A DNA stretch of 64,000 nucleotides, taken from positions 62,001 to 126,000 of IMG/VR virus record IMGVR_UViG_3300043410_001471; one strand, 5' to 3'. This document shows positions 29,279 to 39,826 of the stretch, piece by piece. A program made the translations under genes and the position numbers. The notes beneath the pieces are model-generated. The model ran no database searches. It was not told the DNA's origin and saw only the letters and a list, made by a program, of their open reading frames with translations. Position 1 is the stretch's first letter, and each line of letters starts with the position of its first letter.

Positions 29279-29491
29279 ATGGCTACATCAAAAAAACAAG
29301 AAGAAACGCAAGAAACATCCGAATTATTACTATTAGAAGCTAAGAAAGTTAAAGCATTGGAAAAAATTGCAAACTCTTTAGATGCACTTACTGTTTGGTT
29401 TGAAGAAATCGATAAAGAAGAGTGGGGAGAGAGATTGCAATGGTATTTAGCAGAATTTCATAAGAAGATAGTGGAGGAGGATGCAAACTAA
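29279..29491 (+). CDS. Small helical hypothetical protein (70 aa)
   Basis: Directly downstream of the promoter; overlaps the next start. Confidence 0.65.
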   Translation: MATSKKQEETQETSELLLLEAKKVKALEKIANSLDALTVWFEEIDKEEWGERLQWYLAEFHKKIVEEDAN

Positions 29492-30893
29492 TCACAAATT
29501 AGGAATCATTGTACCTTATAGAAATCGATACGAACATTTAGAAACATTTAAACAATCAATTGTTAATTATTTCAATAATGGTCGTATCGATTATGAATTG
29601 ATAATAATTGAGCAAGATGATGCTAAATTATTCAATCGTGGTATGCTACTTAATATTGGATTCACATACGCAAAAAAATTAAAATGCGATTATGTAGTAT
29701 TTCACGATGTAGATATGATTCCTTTGAGTGTTGATTACTCATATTCGGATATTCCACTACATTTAGCAACCGATTTTCAATATTCTACTGATGAGAAAAA
29801 ACGTGAAGTATTTGATACATACTTTGGTGGTGTAACAATATTCCCAGTTAAAATGTTTGAATCAATTGATGGTTATTCAAACAAATATTGGGGATGGGGA
29901 TATGAAGATGATGATTTATTATTAAGATGTAAACATCACAATATACCACTTGATAGTAAAAATTTTAAAAATATAGGAAATCGAAAATATTTAAAATTAA
30001 ATGGAATTGATTCATACATTAAATTAAAAAATGTTATAGATTTTAATTATCATTTTACATTATCACTAACTTTTTGTCCAGATGATTTAAAATTAGACCA
30101 TAATAGAGAATCGGATGAGTTCACCATATTCAGTATACCTGGATATGATTTTGCTATTTCATATACATCTTTCCATCGTTATAATTTTTGTGCATTTGAT
30201 TACAAATTAAATTCACACTTTATAAATTCTGAAATAAAGCCAAACTATTTAACAAATATTACAATAACATACGATTGTGATGAGAAAGTTATAAGTGTTT
30301 ATCAGGATGGAATTCTTATAGGAAAAACCGATACTATTAGAAAGTTTTTAGTAGATTATAAAACAGCTAAAACAATTTATATAGGTGTTGGAAACCCTGA
30401 TAGAGAAGTTATACCCAATTGGTTTAAAGGATATTTCAAATCTTTTGCGTATTATGATGAAGTATTAGATGGTGATACTTTGTATAAATTGGGAACTGAA
30501 TTGGATACCATATTACCTAAATCAGAATCGTTATTAATGTACTATGATGCATCTAAAATATATGATTATAAATTAAAAGATTTATCAGGAAATAGAAATT
30601 ATGCTGAAATAGTTGCTTGTGAGATGGTAGATGTAAATGATTCGGAAGAAATTACTCATTTGATTCCATATAGAAGAAAAAGTAAATTCAAATCATTGAA
30701 GCATGATGAGAATGGATTTTTAGGAAACAAATGGAAAAATGAATGCACACGATGGAATCAATTGAGATTTATAAATGAAATTATTGATAATGAAGAATTA
30801 TTAAAAAATGATGGATTATCTACATTAGAATTCGTAGAGCATGGTGTAAAAAGAATTGATAAAAATATTAGAATAATAAATGTTGGTATATAA
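29481..30893 (+). CDS. GT7 (beta-1,4-galactosyltransferase-family) glycosyltransferase with inserted LamG-like domain
   Basis: IIVPYRNR, FNRGMLLNIG, FHDVD, YFGGV, GYSNKYWGWGYEDDD are GT7 hallmarks; a LamG-like insert follows. Confidence 0.88.
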   Translation: MQTNHKLGIIVPYRNRYEHLETFKQSIVNYFNNGRIDYELIIIEQDDAKLFNRGMLLNIGFTYAKKLKCDYVVFHDVDMIPLSVDYSYSDIPLHLATDFQYSTDEKKREVFDTYFGGVTIFPVKMFESIDGYSNKYWGWGYEDDDLLLRCKHHNIPLDSKNFKNIGNRKYLKLNGIDSYIKLKNVIDFNYHFTLSLTFCPDDLKLDHNRESDEFTIFSIPGYDFAISYTSFHRYNFCAFDYKLNSHFINSEIKPNYLTNITITYDCDEKVISVYQDGILIGKTDTIRKFLVDYKTAKTIYIGVGNPDREVIPNWFKGYFKSFAYYDEVLDGDTLYKLGTELDTILPKSESLLMYYDASKIYDYKLKDLSGNRNYAEIVACEMVDVNDSEEITHLIPYRRKSKFKSLKHDENGFLGNKWKNECTRWNQLRFINEIIDNEELLKNDGLSTLEFVEHGVKRIDKNIRIINVGI

Positions 30894-32299
30894 TGAAATT
30901 AGGAGTTTGCGTACCATATAGAAATAGAGAAGAACATATGAAAGTGTTCGTTCCTCATGTTTCAAAGTTTTTAGAAGAAAGAGGTATTGAACATACTATT
31001 TATCTTGCACATCAATGCGATGATAAACTTTTCAATAGAGGATTAATGAAGAACATTGCTGCAAAGCATGCATTTGATGATGGATGCGATTATATAGTTT
31101 GGCATGATATTGATATGGTGCCCGAAGATGATAGTTGTGATTATTCATTTCCAGAAGTAAACCCACAACATATCGCTGTTCGTATCTCACAATCGGATTA
31201 TCAGTTAAAGTATGAGGAATACTTTGGTGGAGCAGTAATATTTTCAAAAGAACAAGTTGAAAGAACCAATGGGTACTCAAATGATTATTGGGATTGGGGA
31301 ATGGAAGATGATGATTTATTTTGGAGATGTGTAATGGAGGGATATGCTGAAAAAACTCAATTAGAATATAATAAAGAACAAATTGTAGCATATTTCAATG
31401 GTGTGGATTCTAAAATAGAATTTAGACCTTCAAGAGAACAAAAAAATTGTTTATCTAATTCACATACTGTTTCCATATTAGTTAAAGCTGAACAGCAAAT
31501 AGAGAAAGTTCCCATTTGGTTGATTGGTGATAACAATAGACAATTTATGGAATATCCAATTTTCAGAAAACCTGGATACGATTGGGGATTATCTTTTAAT
31601 AATAGTAGAGCATATACAATGCAACTTTGGGATAGAATGAAAGGACATTTGTATCAATGGATTAAACGATATGAGAATCAATGGAGTTGGATTACTATGG
31701 CAGTTGATGCTGAAAATAAAAAAATACATTTTTATTTGAATGGAAAAGAATCTGATGCACGATTAGGAACGGGAACTCAATCTCCATTGTTATACAATGA
31801 ACCATTAAAAAGATATGGTATGGAGCCATTTTATGTTGGGTATTCCAAATCCCCCGTTGAATCATATTTTAAAGGAGCGATTGCATCGATAGTAATGTGG
31901 GATAGATGTTTAAACCCTAAAGAAATTAAAAATATACACACTAAATTTCCAGAAGATGGATTAGTATTGGATTTATTTACAATGGCATTGGATTTTGGGG
32001 AATCTACAAATGTTGAAACTAAAAAGGAATTAATAGAAATTCCACATACGATTTTACCATATAGAAGAGATGGTAAGTTTAAATGTTTACCACATCAGAC
32101 AGAAGGATTAATCAAAGAAGGTGGAATTGATAAATGGGCCAAAGGAGAAACAACTGCACAAAATGAAAGAAGATATGTTTTACAAATGCAGCAAGGAAAT
32201 ATTGATTATAAATCCGATGGTATTAATTCTATGAAATACGAATTATTATCAATTGATACTATATATAATAAACATAAACTTATAAATGTTAAAGCATAG
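30893..32299 (+). CDS. GT7 glycosyltransferase paralog with inserted LamG-like domain
   Basis: VCVPYRNR, FNRGLMKNI, WHDID, YFGGA, GYSNDYWDWGMEDDD; C-terminal SDGINSMKYEL. Confidence 0.88.
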   Translation: MKLGVCVPYRNREEHMKVFVPHVSKFLEERGIEHTIYLAHQCDDKLFNRGLMKNIAAKHAFDDGCDYIVWHDIDMVPEDDSCDYSFPEVNPQHIAVRISQSDYQLKYEEYFGGAVIFSKEQVERTNGYSNDYWDWGMEDDDLFWRCVMEGYAEKTQLEYNKEQIVAYFNGVDSKIEFRPSREQKNCLSNSHTVSILVKAEQQIEKVPIWLIGDNNRQFMEYPIFRKPGYDWGLSFNNSRAYTMQLWDRMKGHLYQWIKRYENQWSWITMAVDAENKKIHFYLNGKESDARLGTGTQSPLLYNEPLKRYGMEPFYVGYSKSPVESYFKGAIASIVMWDRCLNPKEIKNIHTKFPEDGLVLDLFTMALDFGESTNVETKKELIEIPHTILPYRRDGKFKCLPHQTEGLIKEGGIDKWAKGETTAQNERRYVLQMQQGNIDYKSDGINSMKYELLSIDTIYNKHKLINVKA

Positions 32300-32301
32300 T
32301 T

Positions 32302-33702
32302 ATGGCATATAAAAAACCACTTTACGAAGAAGTAAAGAATACATTGGATAATGTTGGTAAAGGAATGTGTTTGGCAAAATGGACACAGGTTACAACTCAC
32401 TTACATACGGGTCACAACCATTCTTGTCACCACCCTAATACACATAAAGTTTCCGAACAAGAAATTAAACGAAACCCATCGGCACTTCATAATACTTTGT
32501 TTAAAAAGCAGAGAAGAAAAGAAATGATGAATGGAGCTAGACCTACCGAATGTGATTATTGTTGGGGAGTTGAGGATAATTCGGATTTATATTCGGATAG
32601 AGTTTTTAAATCATCCGAAGATTGGAGTTGGCCATTGGCAGACCAAATCATTAATTCAAATTGGAGAGATGACTTTAACCCACGTTATGTAGAAGTTGCA
32701 TTCTCAAATGCTTGTAATTTCGCATGTTCATATTGTTCACCAACCTTTTCAACAAAATGGATGGAAGAAATACAACAATATGGAGCATATAATACTACCG
32801 ATAGTTTCAATGATTTAAAACATTTGGCAGCTGAACAAAAAATGCCAATACCATTAAGAGAACATAATCCATATGTTGAAGCATTTTGGAAGTGGTGGCC
32901 TGATTTATATAGAGATTTGCATACATTCCGTATTACAGGTGGTGAACCATTGATGCATAAAGATACTTGGAAGGTATTGGATTATATTATAGATGAACCA
33001 AACCCAAATAAGAATTTAGATTTCTCTATTAACTCTAATTTAGGTGTACCTGATGAATTAATCACCAAATTGATTGAAAAATTAAAAAGAATTACGGAAG
33101 AAGATAAGGTAAAGGGATTTGTACTATTTACATCTTGTGATGGATGGGGTGAACAAGCCGAATATATTCGTAATGGTTTGGAATTTAATCGTTTTTGGAA
33201 CAATGTGAATAGAATTTTGAGAGAAGTTCCTAGAATTACTATAACATTTATGGTAACATATAATATGTTATCAGTATTTAGTTTTGATAAATTAATTAAA
33301 GGTGTTTATGATTTAAAAAGAGAATATGCCGGGGATGATAGATATTGGTTATCACCCGTATTATTGGATACATCGTATTTAAGACACCCAAGACATCAAA
33401 CTGTTCAAATACTTCCACATCAATTTAAGCAAAACATATTTGACCAAGCTCAATTAGCATTTTATTATGGAATTCCATACTATTCAAAGGGATATGTTGG
33501 GTATTCTGACTTGGAAATTCAAAAATTAAAGAGAACATATGATTGGGCAATATCACCAATAGATAATGGTGAATTATTCAAAGCAAGATATAACTTTTAT
33601 CAGTTCTTTAGTGAGCATGATAAGAGAAGGGGAACTGATTTTTGTAAAACATTCCCAGAATTAGAAGAATTTTATCACTTTACAAAAGAAATTAAGTTAT
33701 AA
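32302..33702 (+). CDS. Radical SAM protein with N-terminal Twitch-like Fe-S domain
   Basis: CxxxCxxC (NACNFACSYC), ITGGEP, N-terminal CLAKW...HSCHH...C.YCW..E. Confidence 0.85.
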   Translation: MAYKKPLYEEVKNTLDNVGKGMCLAKWTQVTTHLHTGHNHSCHHPNTHKVSEQEIKRNPSALHNTLFKKQRRKEMMNGARPTECDYCWGVEDNSDLYSDRVFKSSEDWSWPLADQIINSNWRDDFNPRYVEVAFSNACNFACSYCSPTFSTKWMEEIQQYGAYNTTDSFNDLKHLAAEQKMPIPLREHNPYVEAFWKWWPDLYRDLHTFRITGGEPLMHKDTWKVLDYIIDEPNPNKNLDFSINSNLGVPDELITKLIEKLKRITEEDKVKGFVLFTSCDGWGEQAEYIRNGLEFNRFWNNVNRILREVPRITITFMVTYNMLSVFSFDKLIKGVYDLKREYAGDDRYWLSPVLLDTSYLRHPRHQTVQILPHQFKQNIFDQAQLAFYYGIPYYSKGYVGYSDLEIQKLKRTYDWAISPIDNGELFKARYNFYQFFSEHDKRRGTDFCKTFPELEEFYHFTKEIKL

Positions 33703-34436
33703 TGTATAAAGTATCACACAAAGCACCATTAATTTTAGCAGATTTGCCATGGTGGCCTCATAATGCATATGGTATCATAGATACATCGGCATTTTATGTA
33801 ATGAATGAATCAAGTTGGACAATAAGTGGAACTTGGAAACGAAGTGAAGATGATTCCAAAATAGATGATATGGCTGGAATCTTTATGAGAAGAGGACTTC
33901 ATACGGGCATTGTTTATAGAAAGCCTGATATGTTGATGCTTAATTTTTGGTATGTTGAAAATGAAGAAGAAAAATATGCAGATAAGATTCTTTTTTATAA
34001 AGATGAAGCATTTTGGAACGAACCACACTTATTTACATTAAATTGGGATGGTGAAACATTTACTTATGAATTTTGGATAGATGATGAGTTGGTATATTCA
34101 GAAACATTGGCTGGAAAATTAAGAGATTATATAAACGCACCTTATTTCATTGGGGCTGCCGATACGAAAGGTGATTTTAGTTGGGCGCAAGAATGTTATA
34201 CGGATTTTTTTATAGTTTCTAATAAAAAATTAGATGGTTCTACTATAAATGATTTTAGAAAAAACATAGATGAATATGTTGAAGAAAATAAACATGGATT
34301 CAGATGTTTAACAAAAAATGAATTGGGATTATTATGTTGTTTTGATTTTAAAACCGAAACTGATTATAAGTTTTGGGATATGACTGGAAATAATAATCAT
34401 TTAATGAAACATTGTAAGGATTTAGAAAAATTATAA
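33702..34436 (+). CDS. LamG/concanavalin-like beta-sandwich protein
   Basis: WTISGTW...HLFTLNWDG...FWIDDELV...YFIGAAD pattern. Confidence 0.55.
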   Translation: MYKVSHKAPLILADLPWWPHNAYGIIDTSAFYVMNESSWTISGTWKRSEDDSKIDDMAGIFMRRGLHTGIVYRKPDMLMLNFWYVENEEEKYADKILFYKDEAFWNEPHLFTLNWDGETFTYEFWIDDELVYSETLAGKLRDYINAPYFIGAADTKGDFSWAQECYTDFFIVSNKKLDGSTINDFRKNIDEYVEENKHGFRCLTKNELGLLCCFDFKTETDYKFWDMTGNNNHLMKHCKDLEKL

Positions 34437-34437
34437 T

Positions 34438-35403
34438 ATGAAAATATTAGTTACAGGAGGAGCAGGTTATTTAGGCTCTGTTATAGTTGATAAAATGTTA
34501 AACGCCGGTTATGAAGTTGTTGTATTGGATAAGTTATTATTTAATCAAACTTCATTATTACAATATACATCCAATCCAAAGTTCAAATTTATTTATGGAG
34601 ATGTTCGTAATGTAACAGAATTGGAAAGATTATGTAATGAATCGGATGTGATTATTCCATTAGCTGCAATTGTAGGATTTCCTGCATGTGCGGCAGACCC
34701 AAAGTTAGCAAAAGAAATTAACTTTGACCAAATTGTCAATATAGTAAGATTTGGTAAAGGTAAAAAGATTTTATATCCTAATACAAATAGTGGGTATGGA
34801 ATTGGTGAGGGACAAACGGAATGTACCGAAGATTCACCATTAACCCCTATTTCGGTATATGGGCAAACCAAATGTGATGCTGAAAACTTTTTAAGAACGA
34901 TGACTGATGCTATTACATTCAGATTGGCAACTGTATTTGGAGTATCACCGAGAATGAGAACGGATTTATTAGTAAACGATTTTACTTATAAAGCAATTAC
35001 GGATAAATACATAGTAGTATTTGAAAAGAATTTTAAAAGAAACTTTATTCATGTCGAAGATGTGGCATCCGCATTTCTTTTTATGTTACAAAATTACGAT
35101 ACATACAAAGGTGAAGTATTCAATGTAGGATTGAGTTCGGCAAACCTTTCAAAGCAAGAATTATTAGAAAAGATTCAATCGCATGTAAAGGATTTTGCGG
35201 TATCATACAACGACTTTTATGAGGACCCTGATAAAAGAGATTACATTGTATCAAACGCTAAAATAGAAGCGACTGGATGGATGCCAGAGTGGGATTTGGA
35301 TAGAGGTATTAAACAACTTATGATGGGATACCAAATGGTAGTTCCAAAAATGGGTTCTGAATTTAGAAACGGATTTCCTTTAGGTTACGCACAAAACTTT
35401 TAA
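34438..35403 (+). CDS. NAD-dependent sugar epimerase/dehydratase (extended SDR)
   Basis: TGGAGYLG; YGQTK catalytic YxxxK; RLATVFG, RNFIHVED. Confidence 0.92.
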   Translation: MKILVTGGAGYLGSVIVDKMLNAGYEVVVLDKLLFNQTSLLQYTSNPKFKFIYGDVRNVTELERLCNESDVIIPLAAIVGFPACAADPKLAKEINFDQIVNIVRFGKGKKILYPNTNSGYGIGEGQTECTEDSPLTPISVYGQTKCDAENFLRTMTDAITFRLATVFGVSPRMRTDLLVNDFTYKAITDKYIVVFEKNFKRNFIHVEDVASAFLFMLQNYDTYKGEVFNVGLSSANLSKQELLEKIQSHVKDFAVSYNDFYEDPDKRDYIVSNAKIEATGWMPEWDLDRGIKQLMMGYQMVVPKMGSEFRNGFPLGYAQNF

Positions 35404-35404
35404 T

Positions 35405-35950
35405 ATGAGTAATAAGTGGGATGAATTTATAGAAACACCATCTAAGAAATTTGGATATCAAGTTCCATCATTTCAACCATCAGTATTCAGAGAATATAGA
35501 GGTGAAATATTTACAACTTTCCATTCGGAAGAACATCCGGTAATGAGACACATTCATTATGATAAAAGTGAGATATCAATTCACGGAAGATTTTCTCGTT
35601 CATACAAAGGAGTATTGAGAGGATTACATTGGGATAAAAAAACATGGAAGTTAGTTCAAGCAGTAGTAGGTGATATCTACTTAGTTGTATTGGATATGAG
35701 AGAAACTTCACCAACTTATGGAGATTGGGAATCGTACATCATATCCGAAAGATTAAGAAATCAAGTACTGATTCCACCGGGATTTGCAAATGGACATTAT
35801 GCATTAACTGATTGTATGTTTCACTATAACCTATTTTACAAAGATGGTTATGTAGATGCAGATGAGCAAGGTGTAGTTAAATGGAATGACCCGGAGTTTC
35901 AAATGGAATGGCCAACCGATAAACCTATATTACAAAAAAGAGATAGATAA
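35405..35950 (+). CDS. rmlC: dTDP-4-dehydrorhamnose 3,5-epimerase family (cupin)
   Basis: FREYRGEI, SYKGVLRGLH, GDIYLVVLDMR..SPTYG.W, IPPGFANG, WNDP...EWP. Confidence 0.92.
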   Translation: MSNKWDEFIETPSKKFGYQVPSFQPSVFREYRGEIFTTFHSEEHPVMRHIHYDKSEISIHGRFSRSYKGVLRGLHWDKKTWKLVQAVVGDIYLVVLDMRETSPTYGDWESYIISERLRNQVLIPPGFANGHYALTDCMFHYNLFYKDGYVDADEQGVVKWNDPEFQMEWPTDKPILQKRDR

Positions 35951-36783
35951 TGCCTACACTTTGGACATTTGGTGATTCGTTTACAGCGGGGCATGGTATG
36001 AATGGTGAGATACCAGAATATGAACATGCTGACAAGAATTACAAATGGACAAAATTATTATCAAATGAGTTACAATATGACTTAAAAGATTTCAGCCAAA
36101 ACGGAATTCCTAATGAAAGAATATTATTTAAACTTTTAGAAAATTTAGAAAATTTTGAGAAAGATGATATTGTAATTATACAAAGTAGTACAATAACGAG
36201 ATATGAATTTCCATTTTATGAAAAAAAGAAAAAATTAAAAGAACCCACCGATGGTTATATGTATTTTTTAAACGAAATGGATTCAATAACATATGATATG
36301 GTAAAAGATGATTATGAAACTTATGATGGGAACATAATAAGTGAAATGGAATATAAAGCCAGTAAAGATTTCATGCAATATATCGTACCATCCACATATT
36401 ATTATAGAAGAAATATAGTAAATCTTTCAAATATAGCAAAATATTTATACAATAAAAAATTAATAAAAAATGTTATATTTTGGAATTTGGAATCAATTAG
36501 AACCGATTCCATACCAAATAAACAGCCATTAGTATTTAATATATTTGATGATTATTCCGATATGTATGATTATTCTTTGTACGATATGAGTTATACTGGA
36601 ATCGATACATTTGATTATGGCTGGTTAAATATATTTCGTAAACTTAAATTGACAATATGGGATGATAGTCAGAAATCTATATATGATTTTCATTTATCAA
36701 AAAAAGGACATATATGGTTTACAAATGTTATTTTAGATAAATTAAATATTTCTAAACGAATTAAACCATTGAGTATATTATGA
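35950..36783 (+). CDS. SGNH/GDSL-like protein (paralog 1 of 5)
   Basis: WTFGDSFT block I, NG..N..I, C-terminal DFHLSKKGH. Confidence 0.65.
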   Translation: MPTLWTFGDSFTAGHGMNGEIPEYEHADKNYKWTKLLSNELQYDLKDFSQNGIPNERILFKLLENLENFEKDDIVIIQSSTITRYEFPFYEKKKKLKEPTDGYMYFLNEMDSITYDMVKDDYETYDGNIISEMEYKASKDFMQYIVPSTYYYRRNIVNLSNIAKYLYNKKLIKNVIFWNLESIRTDSIPNKQPLVFNIFDDYSDMYDYSLYDMSYTGIDTFDYGWLNIFRKLKLTIWDDSQKSIYDFHLSKKGHIWFTNVILDKLNISKRIKPLSIL

Positions 36784-37535
36784 AATACGATTTAATAGTA
36801 GGATTCGGATGTAGTTTTACAGAAGGAGGTGGTTTGGATAATCCAAATGTTTATAAGTTTATCAATAATATTGAAGATAGCACTATTGGATTTTTACACC
36901 CCGATATAATACAATTTAAATATGATAATAATTTTATATCGTATTTATCTGAATTGTATAAATGTGATTATATAAATTTTGGAGAATCGATGTCATCAAA
37001 TGATTTAATATTTCAAAAAATATATGATTATTTTAAAGAAAAAATTATAAACAAACGAATTCTATGTATTGGACAAGTCACAATGTTTACAAGACAAAAT
37101 GTTTATTATGATTTTACTAAGGAAACTTTAAAATTAAATAGAGTAGAATTTAGTGACCCACCATTTAATAATGATGATAAATACAAACCACTATATCAGT
37201 ATTATGAAAATTACTTATCATTTATTTATAATGAAGATGTAGTAGTTTCTAATTTAGAAAAAAATATTGAATTATATGATAATTGGTTAAGATATAAAGG
37301 CGTAGATACATTGTGGTTATCATATGATGGTAATCCAAATCAATTCATAGAATCGGATAAATTTATTAAATTTGATGGTGATAATTTGGGAGCATGGGCT
37401 GAAAAAAATAAATTGAGAATTATGGATATACCCAATTGCCCGGTGCCAGACCCACATCTGAATTTAGAAGGTCATATGGAAGTTGCAAAATTAATTTATC
37501 AAAAAGTAAAAAATAGAAAAACAAAAGTTATATGA
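36780..37535 (+). CDS. SGNH-like protein (paralog 2 of 5)
   Basis: GFGCSFTEG, SSNDLI, DPHLNLEGH. Confidence 0.65.
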   Translation: MKYDLIVGFGCSFTEGGGLDNPNVYKFINNIEDSTIGFLHPDIIQFKYDNNFISYLSELYKCDYINFGESMSSNDLIFQKIYDYFKEKIINKRILCIGQVTMFTRQNVYYDFTKETLKLNRVEFSDPPFNNDDKYKPLYQYYENYLSFIYNEDVVVSNLEKNIELYDNWLRYKGVDTLWLSYDGNPNQFIESDKFIKFDGDNLGAWAEKNKLRIMDIPNCPVPDPHLNLEGHMEVAKLIYQKVKNRKTKVI

Positions 37536-38167
37536 TACGAAATTTAGAAAACTACAATAAGGTAGAAAATGTGCATGAATCCTTTACACCACAAGATTTA
37601 ATTGATTTTGAAAATCTAATAGTAAAACATTGGGAAGATGCAAAAATCAGAGGACCTATACATTTATCGAATGGAAATGAAGAACAATTAATTGAAATAT
37701 TTAAAAGAATTTCAAAAAATGATTGGGTATTTAGTACATGGCGTTCTCATTATCATGCATTATTAAAAGGGGTATGTCCTGTTTGGATTGAAGAAGAAAT
37801 TCTAAAAGGTAAATCTATTACATTATGTAATTTAGATGAAAAATTTTATTCATCTGCTATTGTGGGAGGTACTCTATCAATTGCATTAGGAGTTGCAATG
37901 GGAATTAAAGCAAAAGGTAGTGATGAAAAGGTTTGGTGTTTTATTGGAGATATGTCTTTTGAAAGTGGTATATTCTACGAAGTTCATAAATATGCAAGAA
38001 ATTTTGATTTACCATTATATTTTGTAGTAGAAGATAATGGTGTTTCTACATATACACCAACCGCAGTAACTTGGAATACTAAAAGAGATATCCCATCGGA
38101 TGTTATACATTATAAGTATGATTCAAAATTTCCACATTACGGAACTGGTAAATGGATAGCATTTTAA
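37532..38167 (+). CDS. TPP-dependent enzyme, E1-alpha-like subunit (shortened)
   Basis: STWRSHYH, SAIVGG, GDMSFESG...VVEDNG (GDG-x-N TPP motif). Confidence 0.88.
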   Translation: MIRNLENYNKVENVHESFTPQDLIDFENLIVKHWEDAKIRGPIHLSNGNEEQLIEIFKRISKNDWVFSTWRSHYHALLKGVCPVWIEEEILKGKSITLCNLDEKFYSSAIVGGTLSIALGVAMGIKAKGSDEKVWCFIGDMSFESGIFYEVHKYARNFDLPLYFVVEDNGVSTYTPTAVTWNTKRDIPSDVIHYKYDSKFPHYGTGKWIAF

Positions 38168-38168
38168 T

Positions 38169-39389
38169 ATGTTGTATAACAATAATTTGCACGGATTTGA
38201 TAAGTTTATTTCAGAATGGGACTTAAATACTGAATATGTTTTATTTGGTGCCAGTAAAGAGTGCGTACAATTTATTCGTAGTATGGATATTTTAATGGGA
38301 GAAGGTGTATTGAAAATAAAATACATAGTTGACCATTCTATAAAAGATAACGATACATTAGATAACATAAAAGAAATAAGTTCAGCATATCACGAATCAA
38401 AAGTAATTCAATCAAATAGAAATAATTTAAAGTTGGTTAATATGGATGAATATGATTTCAATCAAAACCAACAAATTATTATTACAACGGATGTATTTAA
38501 AAACAAATACAAAAAGTTGTTAGATGAAAAAAATATAAAATGGACTTGGTATAAACATATTGCTTCAATCTGGCCTTTTAAACATAAAAACAAAACTCAC
38601 ATATTTCAAACAGATGTGTTGGTTACTGAAAAATGTACATTGAATTGTTCACATTGTAATATGTTCATGCCACATTTTGAACAACCAATTCATAGAGAAG
38701 TTGATACAATAAAAAACGATATTGATTCATTTTTTAACAAAGTGGATTATGTTAGTATATTTCATTTAGTTGGTGGTGAACCAGTTTTATATCCAAATAT
38801 TGAAGATGTAGTTAGATATGTTATTACAAATTATATACACAAAATTGATAAATTAATAATTACAACCAACGGAACAATTTTACCAAAAGATAGTATGCTT
38901 AATTTATTAAAAGTAAATGATGTTATTTTGAGTGTAAGTGATTATACCGATAAGTTAGAAAATATAAAAAAGAAAGTTGTAAAGGTATTAGAAAAATATA
39001 AACAATTTGGAATCAATCATTATGTAAGAAATGAAATTGAATGGTATGATTTTGGTGATTTAAGAATAAAAGGTGGTAGAACAACGGAACAATTAATAAA
39101 TCATTTTGATAGTTGTACTGCACCATTTAGAGGATTAAATGATGGCAAATTTTATTATTGTCATTTAAACACATCGGCAGTTAGAACAAATTTATTTCCA
39201 TTAAATGAAAATGATTATGTTGATATAAACTCTATTTCGAAGGAAGAATTATTGAAGTTTGATTTGGGATATACCGATTTAGGATATATTACATTTTGTG
39301 ATAATTGTAACGGATGTAATACTGGAATTAAAATATCAGTTAGTTATGAAAAACAGGGTGTTAGAGATTTAAATTACGATGTACTATGA
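38169..39389 (+). CDS. Radical SAM protein with N-terminal Rossmann-like domain
   Basis: EKCTLNCSHC, LVGGEP, ITTNG; N-terminal LFGAS...IVD; C-terminal C...FYYCH...CDNCNGC cluster. Confidence 0.85.
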   Translation: MLYNNNLHGFDKFISEWDLNTEYVLFGASKECVQFIRSMDILMGEGVLKIKYIVDHSIKDNDTLDNIKEISSAYHESKVIQSNRNNLKLVNMDEYDFNQNQQIIITTDVFKNKYKKLLDEKNIKWTWYKHIASIWPFKHKNKTHIFQTDVLVTEKCTLNCSHCNMFMPHFEQPIHREVDTIKNDIDSFFNKVDYVSIFHLVGGEPVLYPNIEDVVRYVITNYIHKIDKLIITTNGTILPKDSMLNLLKVNDVILSVSDYTDKLENIKKKVVKVLEKYKQFGINHYVRNEIEWYDFGDLRIKGGRTTEQLINHFDSCTAPFRGLNDGKFYYCHLNTSAVRTNLFPLNENDYVDINSISKEELLKFDLGYTDLGYITFCDNCNGCNTGIKISVSYEKQGVRDLNYDVL

Positions 39390-39826
39390 AAGTAATAATT
39401 GATATAGATAATACATTATGTAATAGTAATGTAAGATTTGCTTTAGCAACAAAACCAAATGGAAAAATAGATTGGGAAGTAGCACATATTCCTAATAATA
39501 TTTTGATGGATGACCCATTTTATCCTATGATTGATTTAGCAAAAAGATATAAGAAAGATGGATTTGAGGTTATACTACTTACAGGTCGACCGGAATCGGT
39601 TAGAGGAGTTACAATTGAGTGGTTAAAAAAATATGATATAGAATATGACCAATTAATTATGAGAAGTTGGGAAGATAACTTTTTAAAGGCACCAATTTAT
39701 AAAAAGAAAATGTATGAAACTTATATCAAAGAAGGAGTATTTTGTGCATATGATGATGACCAACGAATAATTGATATGTGGGTTGAATTGGGAATACCTT
39801 GTTTTAAAGTTTATGTTATTGATTAA
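39386..39826 (+). CDS. HAD-superfamily phosphatase (PNKP/PseT-like)
   Basis: IIDIDNTL motif I, LLTGRP motif II, K, AYDDD motif IV. Confidence 0.88.
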   Translation: MKVIIDIDNTLCNSNVRFALATKPNGKIDWEVAHIPNNILMDDPFYPMIDLAKRYKKDGFEVILLTGRPESVRGVTIEWLKKYDIEYDQLIMRSWEDNFLKAPIYKKKMYETYIKEGVFCAYDDDQRIIDMWVELGIPCFKVYVID

